DNA of 63,469 nt, filler included, from Nemertoderma westbladi (lineage: Eukaryota; Animalia; Xenacoelomorpha): the NCBI GenBank assembly GCA_032718475.1. It is 3 parts of 3 records of this genome, joined end to end, with 100 filler letters (N's around TTAATTAATTAA, not from the genome) between each part and the next. Parts side by side here need not be neighbours in the genome. Positions count along the whole stretch, not along the records: positions 29,040 to 54,255 come from JAUCBJ010005006.1; positions 54,356 to 63,469 come from JAUCBJ010000632.1; 1 more part is not named here. The stretch is one strand, 5' to 3'. Shown here piece after piece: positions 44,181 through 57,858 of the stretch. The stretch's first letter is position 1; each line of letters starts with the position of its first letter. Under the pieces are notes generated by a model, which saw only the letters and a list, made by a program, of their open reading frames with translations, did no database searches and was not told the origin of the DNA. Made by a program: the position numbers and the translations under genes.

Positions 44181-47100
44181 TCCCCCTAGTGGCAGACTGG
44201 GGAATTGCAGATTGGTCAGCATCCTCCGAAAACACACAGCCTATGGTGTAGTAGACCTCTGCCACGTATCAGCTAAAAGGCATTAATAATAACGAAATGG
44301 GAGAAGGTTTTCAGTTTCTGACATTTCGCCCCCTAGCGGCAGACTGGAGAACTCCAGATTGATCAGTGTCTTCCCAAACACAAAGTCTATGGTCAGGAAC
44401 GTATCTGCAAAGTATCATTTAGAACAGATTGAGTCTGATGGTGCAACCGCTGTTATAGAGTTACCTGCTGGTTGACAAATTTGGCTGAAAATGGTTATGG
44501 AATAATAGCCCAATTTGACCACAAATACGCATTCACGCATAAATGATGCATAAAATTCGCCTCGATATAACGACGTTTCGCGTCCATGTACTCGGGGCAG
44601 TCTGCATCACGTAGATGCGCATCAAAAAGTAGCATAATAGTCGAGACTCAACATGTAGAGTGACAGAATGAACTGCTAGGCCTACTGCGCTACCGGTACC
44701 AAATTCACGAAATCTGCATTCACGCAAACAAACGCGTAAAATAAGACTCGAGATAGCGACAGTGCACGTGCTCGTGACGAGAGCTTTCGTTCGATGTATC
44801 GCGAGCTCAGATTGGTGCTTGTGTGTAGAAACGTATAGCTTGGACAGACAAACAAACAGACAGACAGACACATGATATTTATATAGATAGACTAGAAAGC
44901 CCGTGGCCCTTCGGGCCACGGCTTTCTAGTTCACAAGCCTATTCACCATTCCAAACATTAGATTAATTAATTAACTTAACATAATTAACAAAACGTCACA
45001 TGATTGAGTGTTCTCTCAAACAAAAGGACTGAAGCTGTTTTACTTTTCAAATTTCTACATAATACGTACAACGTACAACGTATTATGCTACTTAGGTTGT
45101 ATAAAGTAGATAAATAACTGCCAAGTATCATTTCCAAAGGATTACAAATAGTAAAAATATGGAAGAAGGTTAAACTGTAGAACTGCAGGTGGTTATCATC
45201 CTCGTAAACACAAACTATAGTTTATTTAGTTTAGTAGGTACTGTACAGTACTTTTAGATCGCTGCCAAGAATAAACTCTAAAATAATTTAAATGGGAGAA
45301 GGATTTCACTTTCAGACAATTCGTCCCCTAATGGCGGACTGGAGAACTGCAGACTGGTCAACGTCCTTCCCAAAGACGCAGCTTATGATGTAGTACAGTA
45401 GACCTCTGCCAAGTATCAGCCTAAAAGCATTTTTAATAAATAAATGAGAGAATGTTTTCACTTTTCAGACATTTCGCACCCTCTAGCAGTATACTGGAGA
45501 ACTGCAGACTGGTTAGCATCCGCCCCAAACACACAGCCTATGGTGTAGTATACCTTTCCCAAGTATAAAAAAAAAGCATTAGAAAAAACGAAATGGGAGA
45601 AGGTATTCATTTCAGACATTTCACCCTCTAGTGGTAAGACTGTGGAATTGCAGATTTGTCAGAGTTCTCCACAAAAACGCAGTCTAGGGGGTAGTAGACC
45701 TCTGCAAAGTATCAGCATAAAAGCATTATTAATAACGAAATGGGTGAAGGTTTTCACTTTCAGACATTTCGCCCCCTAGTGGCAGACAGAGGAATTGCAG
45801 ATTGGTCAGAGTACTCCACAAACACGCAGCCTATGGTGTAGTAGACCTCTGCCAAGTATCAGCCTATAAGTACTATAAACAACGAAATGGGATAAGGTTT
45901 TCACTTTTAGATATTTCGCCCCCTAGCGGCCGAATGGAGAACTGCAGGTAGTTGGGCGTCCTCCACAGACACACACCATATGGTGTAATACACATCTGCC
46001 AAGTGTCAGCCTAAAAGCATTATTAATAACAAAATGGGATAAGGTTTTCACTTTCAGACATTTGGCCCCCTAGTGGCAGACAGAGGAATTGCAGATTGGT
46101 CAGAGTTCTCCACAAACACGCAGCCTAGGGTGTAGTAGACCTCTGCCAAGTATCAGCCTATAAGTATTATAAACAACGAAATGGGATAAGGTTTTCACTT
46201 TCAGATATTTCGCCCCCTAGCGGCTGAATGGAGAACTGCAGGTTGTTGGGCGTCCTCCACAGACACTCACCAAATGGTGTAATACACATCTGCCAAGTGT
46301 CAGCCTAAAAGCATTATTAATAACGAAATGTGATAAGGTTTTCACTTTCAGACATTTGGCCCCCTAGCGGTAGACTGGAGAAATGCAGACTGATTCTAGC
46401 TCCTCCCCAAACACGCTGTATGGTGTAGTAGACCTCTGCCAAGTATCAGCAAAAAAGCATTATAAACAAAGAAATGGGATAAGGTTTTCACTTTCAGATA
46501 TTTCTCCCCCTTGCGGCAGACTGGGGAATTGCAGATTGGTCAGCATCCTCCCCAAACACACAGCCTATGGTGTAGAAGACCTCTGCCATGTATCAGCTAA
46601 AAGGCTTTAATAATAACGAAATGGGAGATGTTTTAAGTTTCGGATATTTCGCCCCCTAGCGGCAGACTGGAGAACTGCAGATTGATCAGTGTCCTCCCAA
46701 ACACACAGTCTATGGTCGGGAACAGATCTACAAAGTATCATTTAGAACAGATTAAGTCTGGTATCAAAAAGTAGCATAATAGTCGGACCTAACATGTATA
46801 GTGACAGAATGAACTGCTAGGCCTAACTGCGCTACCGGTACCAAATTCACGAAATCTGCATTCACGCAAACAAACGCGTAAAATAAGACTCGAGATAGCG
46901 ACAGTGCACGTGCTCGTGACGAGAGCTTTCGTTCGATGTATCGCGAGCTCCGATTGGTGCTTGTGTGTAGAAACGTATAGCTTGGACAGACAAGCAGACA
47001 GACAGACAGACAGACAGACAGACACATGATATTTATATATATAGATAGATAGATAGATAGATAGTTAGATAGATAACTATGCGAAGTTTCGAAACTGTGC

Positions 47101-47275
47101 GAGTAACTGCTGATACATCTATGTGGAGATGTGTGATACAACGCCAAAGCATTGTATGCCGATGTACAGTAGTAATATGGGTATTGAAATAATATTAAAT
47201 CAATGTACACTCTTAAAGCTGCAGCGAAAAAATGTAGCTAATTTCCTAGGTTACATATAAAATAATAATATTATT

Positions 47276-50200
47276 TTGGTGTCCTCAGCATGGACACCCA
47301 TAGAGGAGTACTGGAACTACTGCTGCTCTAAATAATCGAACCTTAAGTTTCCGATTAATTCTCGGTGACTTCCAAATCTTGCAAAGCCTATTCAAGGCTG
47401 CCCATGCCTTTCCCTTACGTATTCGAAAGTCCTCATCTGACTTCCGGATCCATGATCACAGGTAACAGAAGTCATCCACATGCTCAAGCATACCATCTTT
47501 TGAGCTTATGCTCATCCGATCAGAGACTTGCTGAGGACTTTCCAAGTTAACTGTCAAAATGTTGGTCTTTCTGGAGTTAATAAAAAGACTAACACTAGAA
47601 GCAGCATGTTCTAATGAGCTGAGGAGCCGTTGGGCTCCCTCTAGTGATTCTGAGAGTATTCCTAAGTCATCAGCAAAGTCTAGATCAGTTAGGTACTTGG
47701 CCGGATTTCCTCGACTTCTGGAGCCAGTAGGTGGAGTTATCATCACCACATCATCATTATGATGATCTAAGGACATGCGTAGAACATAGTCAACAACAAT
47801 TATGAACAAGAATGGTGCAAATGTGTCTCCCTGGAGGACGCCCCATAACACTTCAAATGGTTCTGTGTCACCGTCAACAGTAGACACAAATGTTGTCGAA
47901 CCATCGTATACTGATCTGATTGCTGCAATAATTTCATCAGGAATCCCATATAATGAAAGTATGCTGAACATACGTGAGCGAGAGACTGAATCAAAGGCCT
48001 TGAAGAAGTCAACAAAGATAACAGCCAGATGCCTGTCTTTCTTTTTTGATAACTTTTCAATTATCCTTCTAAGTGCCAAAATGGGCTCCATGGTCCCCCG
48101 ACCTTTACGGAACCCATTCTGATTTCCATGGAGCAGTCTCTCAATGGGATCCCTGATGCGATTTAATAGAATTCTATTGTATAGCTTTGCAGCAATCGAG
48201 ATCAATGAGATTCCCCGAAAAGAACCATAGAGTATTAGGTTGCCCTTCTTGGGAACTGGCACCAACTTATTTGTTTTCATTTCTTGTGGGACTCTTGTTG
48301 TTCGGTACTCGTGATACCTGATCTACTATGATGGGATAGATGAGCTTTTAAACACTCAGGTATTTTAAAGACCTCAGGGGGAACACCATCTACTCCACTG
48401 GTACGATTGGTCTTAATGCTCTTTGCAGCAGCCTTCACTTCTGCAAAGGAGATATCACCAATGGGAATATCTGGGAGTACAGACTCAGACACTTTTACTT
48501 CTATAAAGTTATCAGGCAATACCCTGTCATTATTGAGGAGCTTTACAAAGTGGGCCTTCCAACCATTGAGGCGATCGGCTGGTGATTCAGCCTTAACCTT
48601 GGTGGTTGGTTGGCTTTTTCGACCAGCAAGCAAGTTGGTTGATCGATCTCCATGCCTGGGATGATTGCCTGCTGTCGTCAGCATCATTGATGGCATCAAC
48701 CTGTTGGTTTATTAGCTCCTGTAAATTAACAGAGTACTGCCTGTTCAGGGACCTAGATGCAGCTTTAACTGCATTCTTGACCGCTGTAGTCTGTTTGAGT
48801 CGGGACTCTTTCTGCGCCTTGTAGAGGTCATTTCGGCACTTCTGAATTTCGTTGTCAGTCCAGGGGGCCCGTTTCCTGTTTCGAGGGTATACAGGAACTG
48901 TTTCTGCAGCTGCTAACTTAACTGCCTCTGTGAAGGCAGTATAGCCCTCACAGTTATCTGCCGCCTCAGAGGCAAGAACCTCATACCTGTTGCTCAGCTG
49001 TAGTGTGAAGCTGTATCTCACACTTGGCTGTTGCAACAGAGAGGACCAGTCATGCCGCGGCAAGGAAGATTTCGTTGTTCTGCTAGAATGCAGACTAAGT
49101 CTTACCTTGGCCACAATAAGGCGGTGATCACTGGAGAAGGGTCGTAGTGTAAATGCATTACAGTCTTGTATAGAGCTCCTGTATTTCCTACGAAACAGGA
49201 TATGGTCTATCTGGGACTTGTGACCACTGGGTCCACTATGAGTCCATAGCTTTCCAGTTCGCTTCTTGAACTGGGTTCCAGCCGAAAACAATCCATTTCC
49301 AGAGATAAAATCCTGAAGATGGACGGAATTTCGGTTAACACTATTGCTATAGACCCAGGGCGATGTAGGTGATTGATGCAGACTTGCATTAAATTCTCCC
49401 AGGAATGTTAAGAATGCATGCTGATCCACTCCATCAGTAGCTGCTTGTAGATTCAGGCAGAAATTTTCCACCTCCTCTACAGGGGCAACACTAGTTGGAG
49501 AGTAGCACACAATCAGAACCACCTTAGGAAACTTCTTAGCCAGTCTTCCAGAACATGAGAAGTGGCAACGGATGACGCGGTTAGAGATTTGGTCTATTTT
49601 GTCCAATGCTGCATGTGCAGTTGGATTCATCAATAGACCAATTCCACCATTGCCACTATCATCTGCTGAAGCGAGGGCGAGTCGCCAACCGCCCCCATGT
49701 CCTTAATCAGAACCTCATCAGTCTGTCCAGTCTGCATTCGGTGCTCTTGAACACCCACTGCACTAAGAGAAAGCTTATCTGCCAAGGCAGTCAGCTCACC
49801 TTGTCGCATTGGGGACCCGAGTGTTAGGGTGTTTACTGAGGCTAGTCTAGTGACTTGCCTCAGATTCACCAATGGATTTGTTGGTCGGGGTGAAACATGA
49901 GAGTAGCCTCCAACTCCAGAATCCATCTCCCCCTCACAATCTGGCCTCCCTGGTGACCCAGGGTTTGGGCCAGAAAGGTCATCAGGAAAGGGACTCAAAG
50001 AATTGTTTGCCGCTCTCTCTCCAGTAGGGGGTTAGACAGGCAGCTGGTCAGGAGATAACTGACGCCTGTGAGGCCGATTGTGTCCAGTCATTCCATTGGC
50101 CTCTAGTGGCTGGACCTCCGCATTACTAATGTAATCCATAGTGGGGGTTGGGGGGTGCTTTTTTGCCGAGTCAGCTCTCGGGGCAAATACCACACCCTGG

Positions 50201-50617
50201 TTTGCCATTCCACAGGGTGGGTGTCGCAGTGGAGTCAGATATGAGGCCCATCACCCATATCTACTCTGGCGCACATGTCCCACCGCCACCATTGGCTGCG
50301 CAGCTCATCTGCTGGGTCATGCCCTGTACCCCTGCTGCCAGGTGCAGGTCGCAGTGAAGTGCACTCAGATTGGACATGAGAACACCCTACTCCTGACCAG
50401 CCATTGGTAGATCACCATCTGTCTGGCCAGGCCATATACCCCTGCAGCCAAGTATATGGGTCCTTAATCCTTATCCCAGAACGAAGGGGGTCCTAGTTAC
50501 AGGACCAGATTTGCCCTAGTAAGAGGGTCTATGCAGCTACAGGTGGCACCTCCTTTATGTTGCATGGAGGTGGCAAGTTTTCTTGATCAATGACCTAGAA
50601 TACCTCACCTGACCACG
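47276..50617 (-). mobile_element. Second, decayed copy of RTE family A lacking its 3' end
   Basis: Collinear with ~34853-38207; ORF broken into 49630-49998, 48593-49633, 48277-48699 and 47456-48280 by indels and stops. Confidence 0.95.
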
Positions 50618-50653
50618 AGCCAGCTAGCAGCTCTACACCCCTGCAGAAACACT

Positions 50654-52845
50654 GTGAGGCGAGCCACGAAGTGAGTGAGCCTTAACGTAGTGGTACCATT
50701 AATCAACCTGTGGGGCGAGCCACGAAGTGAGTGAGCCTTAGCGTAGTGGTACCATTAATAAACCTGTCGTTCTGTCATTCTGTCGTTTTTTTGCAGTGTT
50801 CAATTTTAAACGTTAATAACTCAGCCAATCTTCGGTGAAATCTATCCAAACTTTGTACACATGTTGTTTGGCAAAAGTTTAGGCATTTTCCAAGTTGAAT
50901 TTTCGTGGGGCTTCGAGAAGCTAAGATAATGGCAGTTAATTAGTTAATTAAATTGATTTCGGTAAAAACAGCACTTTCAACCTGCCTTTTATCGGAAATT
51001 AATTTTTTTTTTTATTTTTTTTTAAAAGACAATAAATTTATTATAATAATCTTAAATCAAAAATTAAAAAGATGTGCACCAAAAATAACAAAATTAATTC
51101 CGCCACCACACAAATATCATCGGGCCTACCACCAAAGCACCGGAAAGATAAGTTGAAGCTCAGAGGCAAGGGATCAGTACCGATCAGGAAGGTCAGACCC
51201 CCGCAGACCGGCACCGTCCCCAAATCCGAGCGCCCTCCATGGCCGCCTACCACCACGCAGGCACAGGGAGCTCGAGCGCAGAAGCGCGAACTGTAAGCGC
51301 CTCCGCACTCCCCCTAACACACAAGCGAGGCCTCGCTCACGCATCCCCCGCTGCCGGGCCACGAGGGTCTCAGCGAGGTGGCGGATCAGAATATCGGCCT
51401 CCTTGCACCACACCCCGTCGGTGGTTCCGACTAGGGGGGTGAAGGAGATCCGACGATCTTCGCACACCCCGCTGTAGTGGACCATCTTGGAACGAACTCG
51501 CTGCTCGAGTACGGAGTCCAGGGACCGATTAAGGTATGAGGGGGCGTCGGCGTTAACAATCGCAATGTCGAAAGACGCCACCCTCTGTTCGGCCCAGACT
51601 CCCCTCGCCAGGAGATCCGCCCTAACTCCACCCACCTCGCGGAAATTAATTATTTTACAGTATAAGATTTAAATAATTATACTTAAAAATTATACAGATG
51701 TAATCCACATACCCCATTATATTATAGTTTTTAATTAGTTCAAGTGATTTGCTTTAATAATTGTGTCTTTAATTGATCTAAATTAATTCAAACGGCATAA
51801 AAAATTGATTATCATTAAATACTGCTCATTTATTGGTTAACATCCAAGTTGGCTCGGTGCTGGTACATAGGATGGGAAGGATGTGTGTGTAGAACAGCCA
51901 GTTGCTCTTCAATGGGAATGCGAATGTAAGTAACCACATGTGTACAGATTGGCCATAGCTAGCTAACGAGATGGAAATCTGAATTCCCTACTATTCAGTC
52001 TAGTATTGCTTGTTAGACAGATCTCATTTAATAAATGTCAGTCAATATCATTTTACCACTGCAAAATGTTTTGCAGTGTCTTGCAAAATGCATAACATTT
52101 TAACATTTCACCCTTATATCCATACTTGTTTTTTCCTCATAAATATTAGGCTTATTATTTTTTGATGGGATTTCTTTGTAGTTGAATTGTCTAAGTTTTT
52201 ACACTGAGGCATTAACAGAGGGTACTGGTATTAAATTAATTATTTGAATATCATTACTGCATCGACTGCATTTAGTACTGCGTTCTGCGTTGATTATATT
52301 CCTATAAACCATACCTGGCTTCGCATATTGAATGCATCGATAGTTATAAAGATTGTCAGTCTGCGTTTAGGAAATATATTAGAAATAGCGCAACAACGCT
52401 TATAATAATTAAGACGAGTACGGCGTTGATTATATTCCTATAAACCATTCCTGGTTTCGCATATTGCACGTATCGATAGTTATAAAGATTGTCAGTCTGC
52501 GTTTAGGAAATATATTTAAATACAAAACAGGACGAGCGCAACAACGCTTATAATAATTAAGACGAGTACGGCGTTGATTATATTCCTATACACCACCTGG
52601 CTTTGCATATTGAACGTGCGATTGGAAATAAGTTCGTTCTACCCTTCCGCCCCGTGGGTGGTAGATGTCGCGGTTATGTACTGGTGGGTGGGAAGGGTGA
52701 ACACGTATTGTCCTCCTTTCTTTGATTGATTGGTGGTGTGGGTAAATTTCTCAAAACCTGATTTTGTGATACAGTCGTTCAATTTTAATTTGTATCTCAT
52801 AACTGGGCCTCGTGCTGCGCGAAGGCCCCACGAACGTGTTGACCA
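50654..52845 (+). mobile_element. Possible Helentron/DINE-like non-autonomous element
   Basis: 57-bp duplicated head (GGCGAGCCACGAAGTGAGTGAGCC), CTGTCRTT microsatellite, AACTC...CCAAACTTTGTACAC core, internal 136/148-bp tandem repeats (52287-52620) and a 3' GGGCCT...AGGCCC stem. Boundaries uncertain. Confidence 0.4.
51005..51639 (-). mobile_element. 5'-truncated CRE-clade LINE (restriction-like endonuclease end), second CRE family
   Basis: ORF 51174-51635 with RADLLARGVW, FDIAIVNADAPSY, SFTPLV..TDG, RLQFALLR..SLCLRGGR; poly(A) tail seen as T-run 51005-51022; 12-bp TSD CGGAAATTAATT (50993-51004, 51640-51651). Confidence 0.88.
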
Positions 52846-52848
52846 ATA

Positions 52849-54255
52849 ATGTTAATGACATACTGACTAACAGGGGGTTGGTATGTATATATTAAATTAA
52901 ATTAAAGGAAGAACAGGAGTCTTACACCCCCAATAAAAAAAAAAAAAATATAGAATCAGGACATTTAGCCCAAAATATTTCTCGACCCCTAGGGTCATCG
53001 AAAGAACAACAAACACACAAACACAAACAAATATAAATACATGCTAAACATACAGGTATGTGTCGCAACCCTAACCCTAAGCCTACCCGCCATACACTAA
53101 ATGATACCGTTAATAAACTGCACAATAGCTAAGCCTATATTCTATAAGAAAATATATGACAATTTTGTCGCCGTGAAAGGGGTATGACTGAGGCAAAAAT
53201 AATTAATTTGTGAAAAATATGGTTGCGTTTCGGTGTCTTGGACCAGTACGCGCTAATCCTCGACACCTCGTCAGCTGGACAGGGAATTAGCCAAGCCTAT
53301 CTATAATGCACCAATGACCTAAAATAATCGCACCATCAACTCTGTTACCACCTAGCCCAAAACAGAAGTCAGACCACAGAACACAGGAACCCTATAGGCC
53401 TATGGTAAGTAAATATGTTACCAATGGGAAACTGGTGGAATGCTAGGGCACACACACAGTACAAAATTTAAATAAGATTTTATGATTTGCAGTAATGTCG
53501 GAATTCTGCTCCACTTTCATAAGATGATAATTGATGTTAACGACATACTGACTAACAGGGGGTTGGTATGTATATATTAAATTAAATTAAAGGAAGAACA
53601 GGAGTCTTACACCCCCAATAAAAAATATAGAATCAGGACATTTAGCCCAAAATATTTCTCGACCCCTAGGGTCATCGAAAGAACAACAAACACACAAACA
53701 CAAACAAATATAAATACATGCTAAACATACAGGTATGTGTCGCAACCCTAACCCTAAGCCTACCCGCCATACACTAAATGATACCGTTAATAAACTGCAC
53801 AATAGCTAAGCCTATATTCTATAAGAAAATATATGACAATTTTGTCGCCGTGAAAGGGGTATGACTGAGGCAAAAATAATTAATTTGTGAAAAATATGGT
53901 TGCGTTTCGGTGTCTTGGACCAGTACGCGCTAATCCTCGACACCTCGTCAGCTGGACAGGGAATTAGCCAAGCCTATCTATAATGCACCAATGACCTAAA
54001 ATAATCGCACCATCAACTCTGTTACCACCTAGCCCAAAACAGAAGTCAGACCACAGAACACAGGAACCCTATAGGCCTATGGTAAGTAAATATGTTACCA
54101 ATGGGAAACTGGTGGAATGCTAGGGCACACACACAGTACAAAATTTAAATAAGATTTTATGATTTGCAGTAATGTCGGAATTCTGCTCCACTTTCATAAG
54201 ATGATAATTGATGTTAACGACATACTGACTAACAGGGGGTTGGTATGTATATATT
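52849..54255. repeat. ~677-bp tandem repeat (two full copies, third cut by the gap)
   Basis: ATGTTAAYGACATACTGACTAACAGGGGG starts at 52849, 53534 and 54211; copies differ mainly in an A-run length. Confidence 0.95.
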
Positions 54256-54355
54256 NNNNNNNNNNNNNNNNNNNNNNNNNNNNNNNNNNNNNNNNNNNNT
54301 TAATTAATTAANNNNNNNNNNNNNNNNNNNNNNNNNNNNNNNNNNNNNNNNNNNN
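54256..54355. other. Artificial gap/linker (44 N + TTAATTAATTAA + 44 N)
   Basis: Same 100-bp structure as 28940-29039. Confidence 0.98.
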
Positions 54356-57332
54356 GGTGTGTGTTGACCAATAATGGCGGCTTGGATGAATCAACTCAGC
54401 ATCAGCAGATCAGTACAGCGGGCCTACTTGTGTGTTACTGTACAAGCATGGTACGGTACAGCCTGAAGCGGCAAAGTTGAAAGAAGTGGTCCGGTACCCT
54501 AACCCAACACTGCAACAATGTTAATTCCCATATAAATGTTTGCATTACGGCATACGGTACCTTAACGCTACCTAGCCTTGGTGTGCACTGTACAGTGACT
54601 GCCAGGCAAGTGGTGCGGCGGATGTGAACATGTGAACGTACTGTAATGACAGAATTGCAGTCCAGCAGTCGTAATGCAATAACTGCAGTAGGCCCACATT
54701 CTGACTACAGTCCTAATTTGAGCGCCATCTTGTGGTGTTTTACAATCATTGGATCACCCCTAACAACCAATCAACAGAGCCAGTATTTTGGTATTAAATT
54801 ACTTTTAGGGTCGAAAATGGGGCGAAATTATCGGATTTTCTTAATTAAATAATGTAAAGTGTGTCTTCTAATAATACCTACCTATCTCACTGGAAAGCGA
54901 GATTTTATCTATAGTTTTATAATTTCGATATTTTCGTTAATAATTTCGTCGTTTTCGTTTTTTTCGGGTTTTATAACTATCCGTCGCAGCTGACGTCAGT
55001 CTGCATGAATTTTCACAAAACTTTACAAAGTTTCTAAACGTTCCCTCAATTTCAATCCGGAATGGCCCGGCCCTTTTAGGACACATATCATATATTACTC
55101 TAAGCCTAAGATGTACATTATTTGCATCCCAGCAAACATAACTACTGTACTACACTTTTCTAGTAGTACGATAAAGAATGTTTATGTTTTGTGGATGAGT
55201 GAGCACCTGGTGGCTATCAGCTGTAGCAAAGCTAGTGTAGCTTGTCATCGAGCGCTAAAGAAGCTATGAATTACTGAATCTGATGGGGATTGAGAACGGG
55301 AGAGGGTGGTTTGACTTAAAGAGGCAGGATAGGGGAAGGGGATAAATGTACTCCATAGCCATAGTGATTGTGAATCATATTATCAACTACAGTATAATAG
55401 CTTATACATACTCAGTTTCGTTTAATTCCGAGACAGCGAAACCGAGAAATTCGCGTTCAAACTTCAAACATCTACCAGACAGACAGACGGGCATGCACCA
55501 TTTGCCCTACAGTATATTAACCGCATACCAAGGCTCTCTCTCCGACTACGTGTCTCTCCCCACACTGTGTACTACACTGCACTGTGCACCGTAGCCTACT
55601 GATACAGTACTCTGTGTGCCTGGTATCCATTCCCCTATTTACTGTATTTATTATGGTTAATGTTGGAGAGGTAATGTAACTTGGCACACCAACCGTTGCA
55701 TTCCCACGGTATGATAATCCACCATCAACCCATTAACCACACAAATGCATATAAGTCACAGGGCAGTAAATATTATCTGCAAATGGTGTGTGTACTACTG
55801 TGTAATGATGATATGTCGCTATCAGATCTCATTTAAACACCAATCTTTACTTGTAGTGTACAGTTCTGTAGAATACTGTTGCCTTATCATACAATGTAGC
55901 AGTTGGAATTGTTACTGTGTAGTTGTATATCGAACATTGCAGTCATTAAATTAATTACGTATTTTTAATAATAAGGCTGAGCTTTCGTATTAATCTTACT
56001 ATAGATTACAGTTTTACAATTAATCATTTTTTAATATATATTGCAATTTCTCTGGCAATATGACAATATCTACTGTAAAGAATTTGGTTCGCACAATCAT
56101 TATCAAAATAATGATTATTAATCATTATTTTGATTAACAATGTATTATCTGCACAATAATATTATTTATTGTAATTTATTAATTACATAAAACTAATTAA
56201 TTTTTATTATTGAATATGATTGAAAAATTATTTTGCTAAATGTAAATATCCTATTGAATACAGAGAAATGGCAGACCACAAGAAATGGTTTAAGTTTGCG
56301 CGGATAGCAAACTTAATAAAACATCCATCATTTTGTTTAATCAATATTTGATGTTATGGTATTCCATATGTAGTGTGCAATAGAGTATGATATTCAATCG
56401 ACCTCTTAAATTAAACTGGTTAGCTAGGTTACTACATTAGGCCTACTGTTCTGACACCATTTCATTGATTGAATTGTGTGGGTGTTAGTAGGCCCTACAT
56501 ATAAAATCCATTATAAATTAGTTTTATAAGCTAAAATAAAACCAAATGTAGCTACACCCACACCACCCTTGAGTGGACATCTTGGTGAAGAAAAATGAAC
56601 GCCAATTCTGTTTGCAAATTTATGTAAGGTTTGGTGCCCTGAGTCAAAAAAAGGAAAAACGAAAATATTTCCCGGAGCCCTTTTAAAATTATTTAGTAAT
56701 TAAATTATTAACTAATATTACTAATATTAAATTTATTTAAAATAAATGAACACACTAAATTCTTATCATGTTATGTTGGCAATGTTGCATGGAATCCAAA
56801 AAATGAAAAACAATATTAATTGGCGGAGTCCATTTGTAATTATTTAATAATTAAATTATTAAATAATATTAATAATATTACTAACGTTAAATTACAATGA
56901 ACTTTCGAAATACTTAATAACTCATCTTCGCAAAGTTTCTTGAAGTCCAAAATATGGAATGAAGGAAATGGTTGAGTCCGTTTTTGATTAATATTTATTA
57001 GTTAAATTATATTATTAATAAAATAATTATATTTTAACTAAATTAATGGACGAAATATAAGGCGTAGTGTGCTAGCTATGTTGCATAAGTTTTATAAATA
57101 GTGAAGGAAAATAATTCGCAGGGTCAATTTATCACTACTGTTTAATGTTTATGTAATCCAGATATTATAAACAAAACAGAAATATATATAGAAATATATA
57201 TACTGTAGGAAATCACACATGTTTTGAATTGTATTCTGCTGTAGCTCGTAACAATTGCTCCCCATATTTAGGGTGGTTATCTCCTACTTTAAATTTTGCC
57301 CAAGTTGCCTCAAAATCGGCATGTACAGAAGC

Positions 57333-57762
57333 TCTCCATGGGGGAACTTTTAATGGAAACTCATCACGTACGCTCCTCAAGTCTCTCGATAAACTGAAAG
57401 AATTATGTCCAGCATCTCATAATAAATATTTGGAAACCTTTGTTTCATTCAATGAACTGGTTTCGGTATGCTTTGGAATGAGGCTCAAACCAAACTATAT
57501 TGAAACTATAGCTGAATTTCGCAAACTATACATGGATATGAAGATCAGTATTACACCAAAAGTTCACGCAGTATTTTTTCATGTAGAACAATTTTGTAGT
57601 AGTCGGAAGTTGGGCCTGGGATATTTCAGCGAACAGGCTTCTGAATCTGTACATGCCGATTTTGAGGCAACTTGGGCAAAATTTAAAGTAGGAGATAACC
57701 ACCCTAAATATGGGGAGCAATTGTTACGAGCTACAGCAGAATACAATTCAAAACATGTGTGA
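57333..57762 (+). pseudogene. C-terminal fragment of a Chapaev-like DDE transposase
   Basis: GGTFNGNSSRTLL, CFG, ITPKVHAVFFHVEQF, GLGYFSEQASESVHADF (catalytic Glu region), YNSKHV*. The first ~34 codons of ORF 57229 are antisense duplicate sequence. Confidence 0.8.
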
Positions 57763-57858
57763 TTTCCTACAGTATATATATTTCTATATATATTTCAATA
57801 TATATTTTATATATTTTTATATATTTATATATTTTTAATATATATTTTTATATTATTT

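Larger units (their letters stand above)
33615..47045 (-). mobile_element. Tandem array of four non-autonomous Helitron-type units with internal ~147-bp repeats
   Basis: Minus-strand units start TC(TA)nAATATCATGTGTCTGTCTG(T) and end with hairpin GTGGCCC-GAA-GGGCCAC then GGCTTTCTAG. Units ~33615-39357 (3' end missing, split by RTE), 39358-41393, 41394-44891, 44892-~47045. About 48 monomers counted by eye. Confidence 0.85.

Noticed and set aside
38312-47210. Recurrent short ORFs (MSESENLHPF..., MARRATGF...)
   Set aside because: Products of non-coding Helitron repeats; frames are not preserved between units and no domain is recognisable.
53068-53085. Telomeric repeat AACCCTAACCCTAA
   Set aside because: Only two units, inside the 677-bp repeat; not a telomere.
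57229-57762. RAG1/Transib transposase
   Set aside because: Motifs are related, but SEQAxESxH/YNSxH and a 4-bp TSD fit Chapaev; Transib makes 5-bp TSDs.
57759-57858. Hydrophobic N-terminus on the 201-aa RT ORF
   Set aside because: Translation of AT low-complexity DNA ahead of a truncated LINE.
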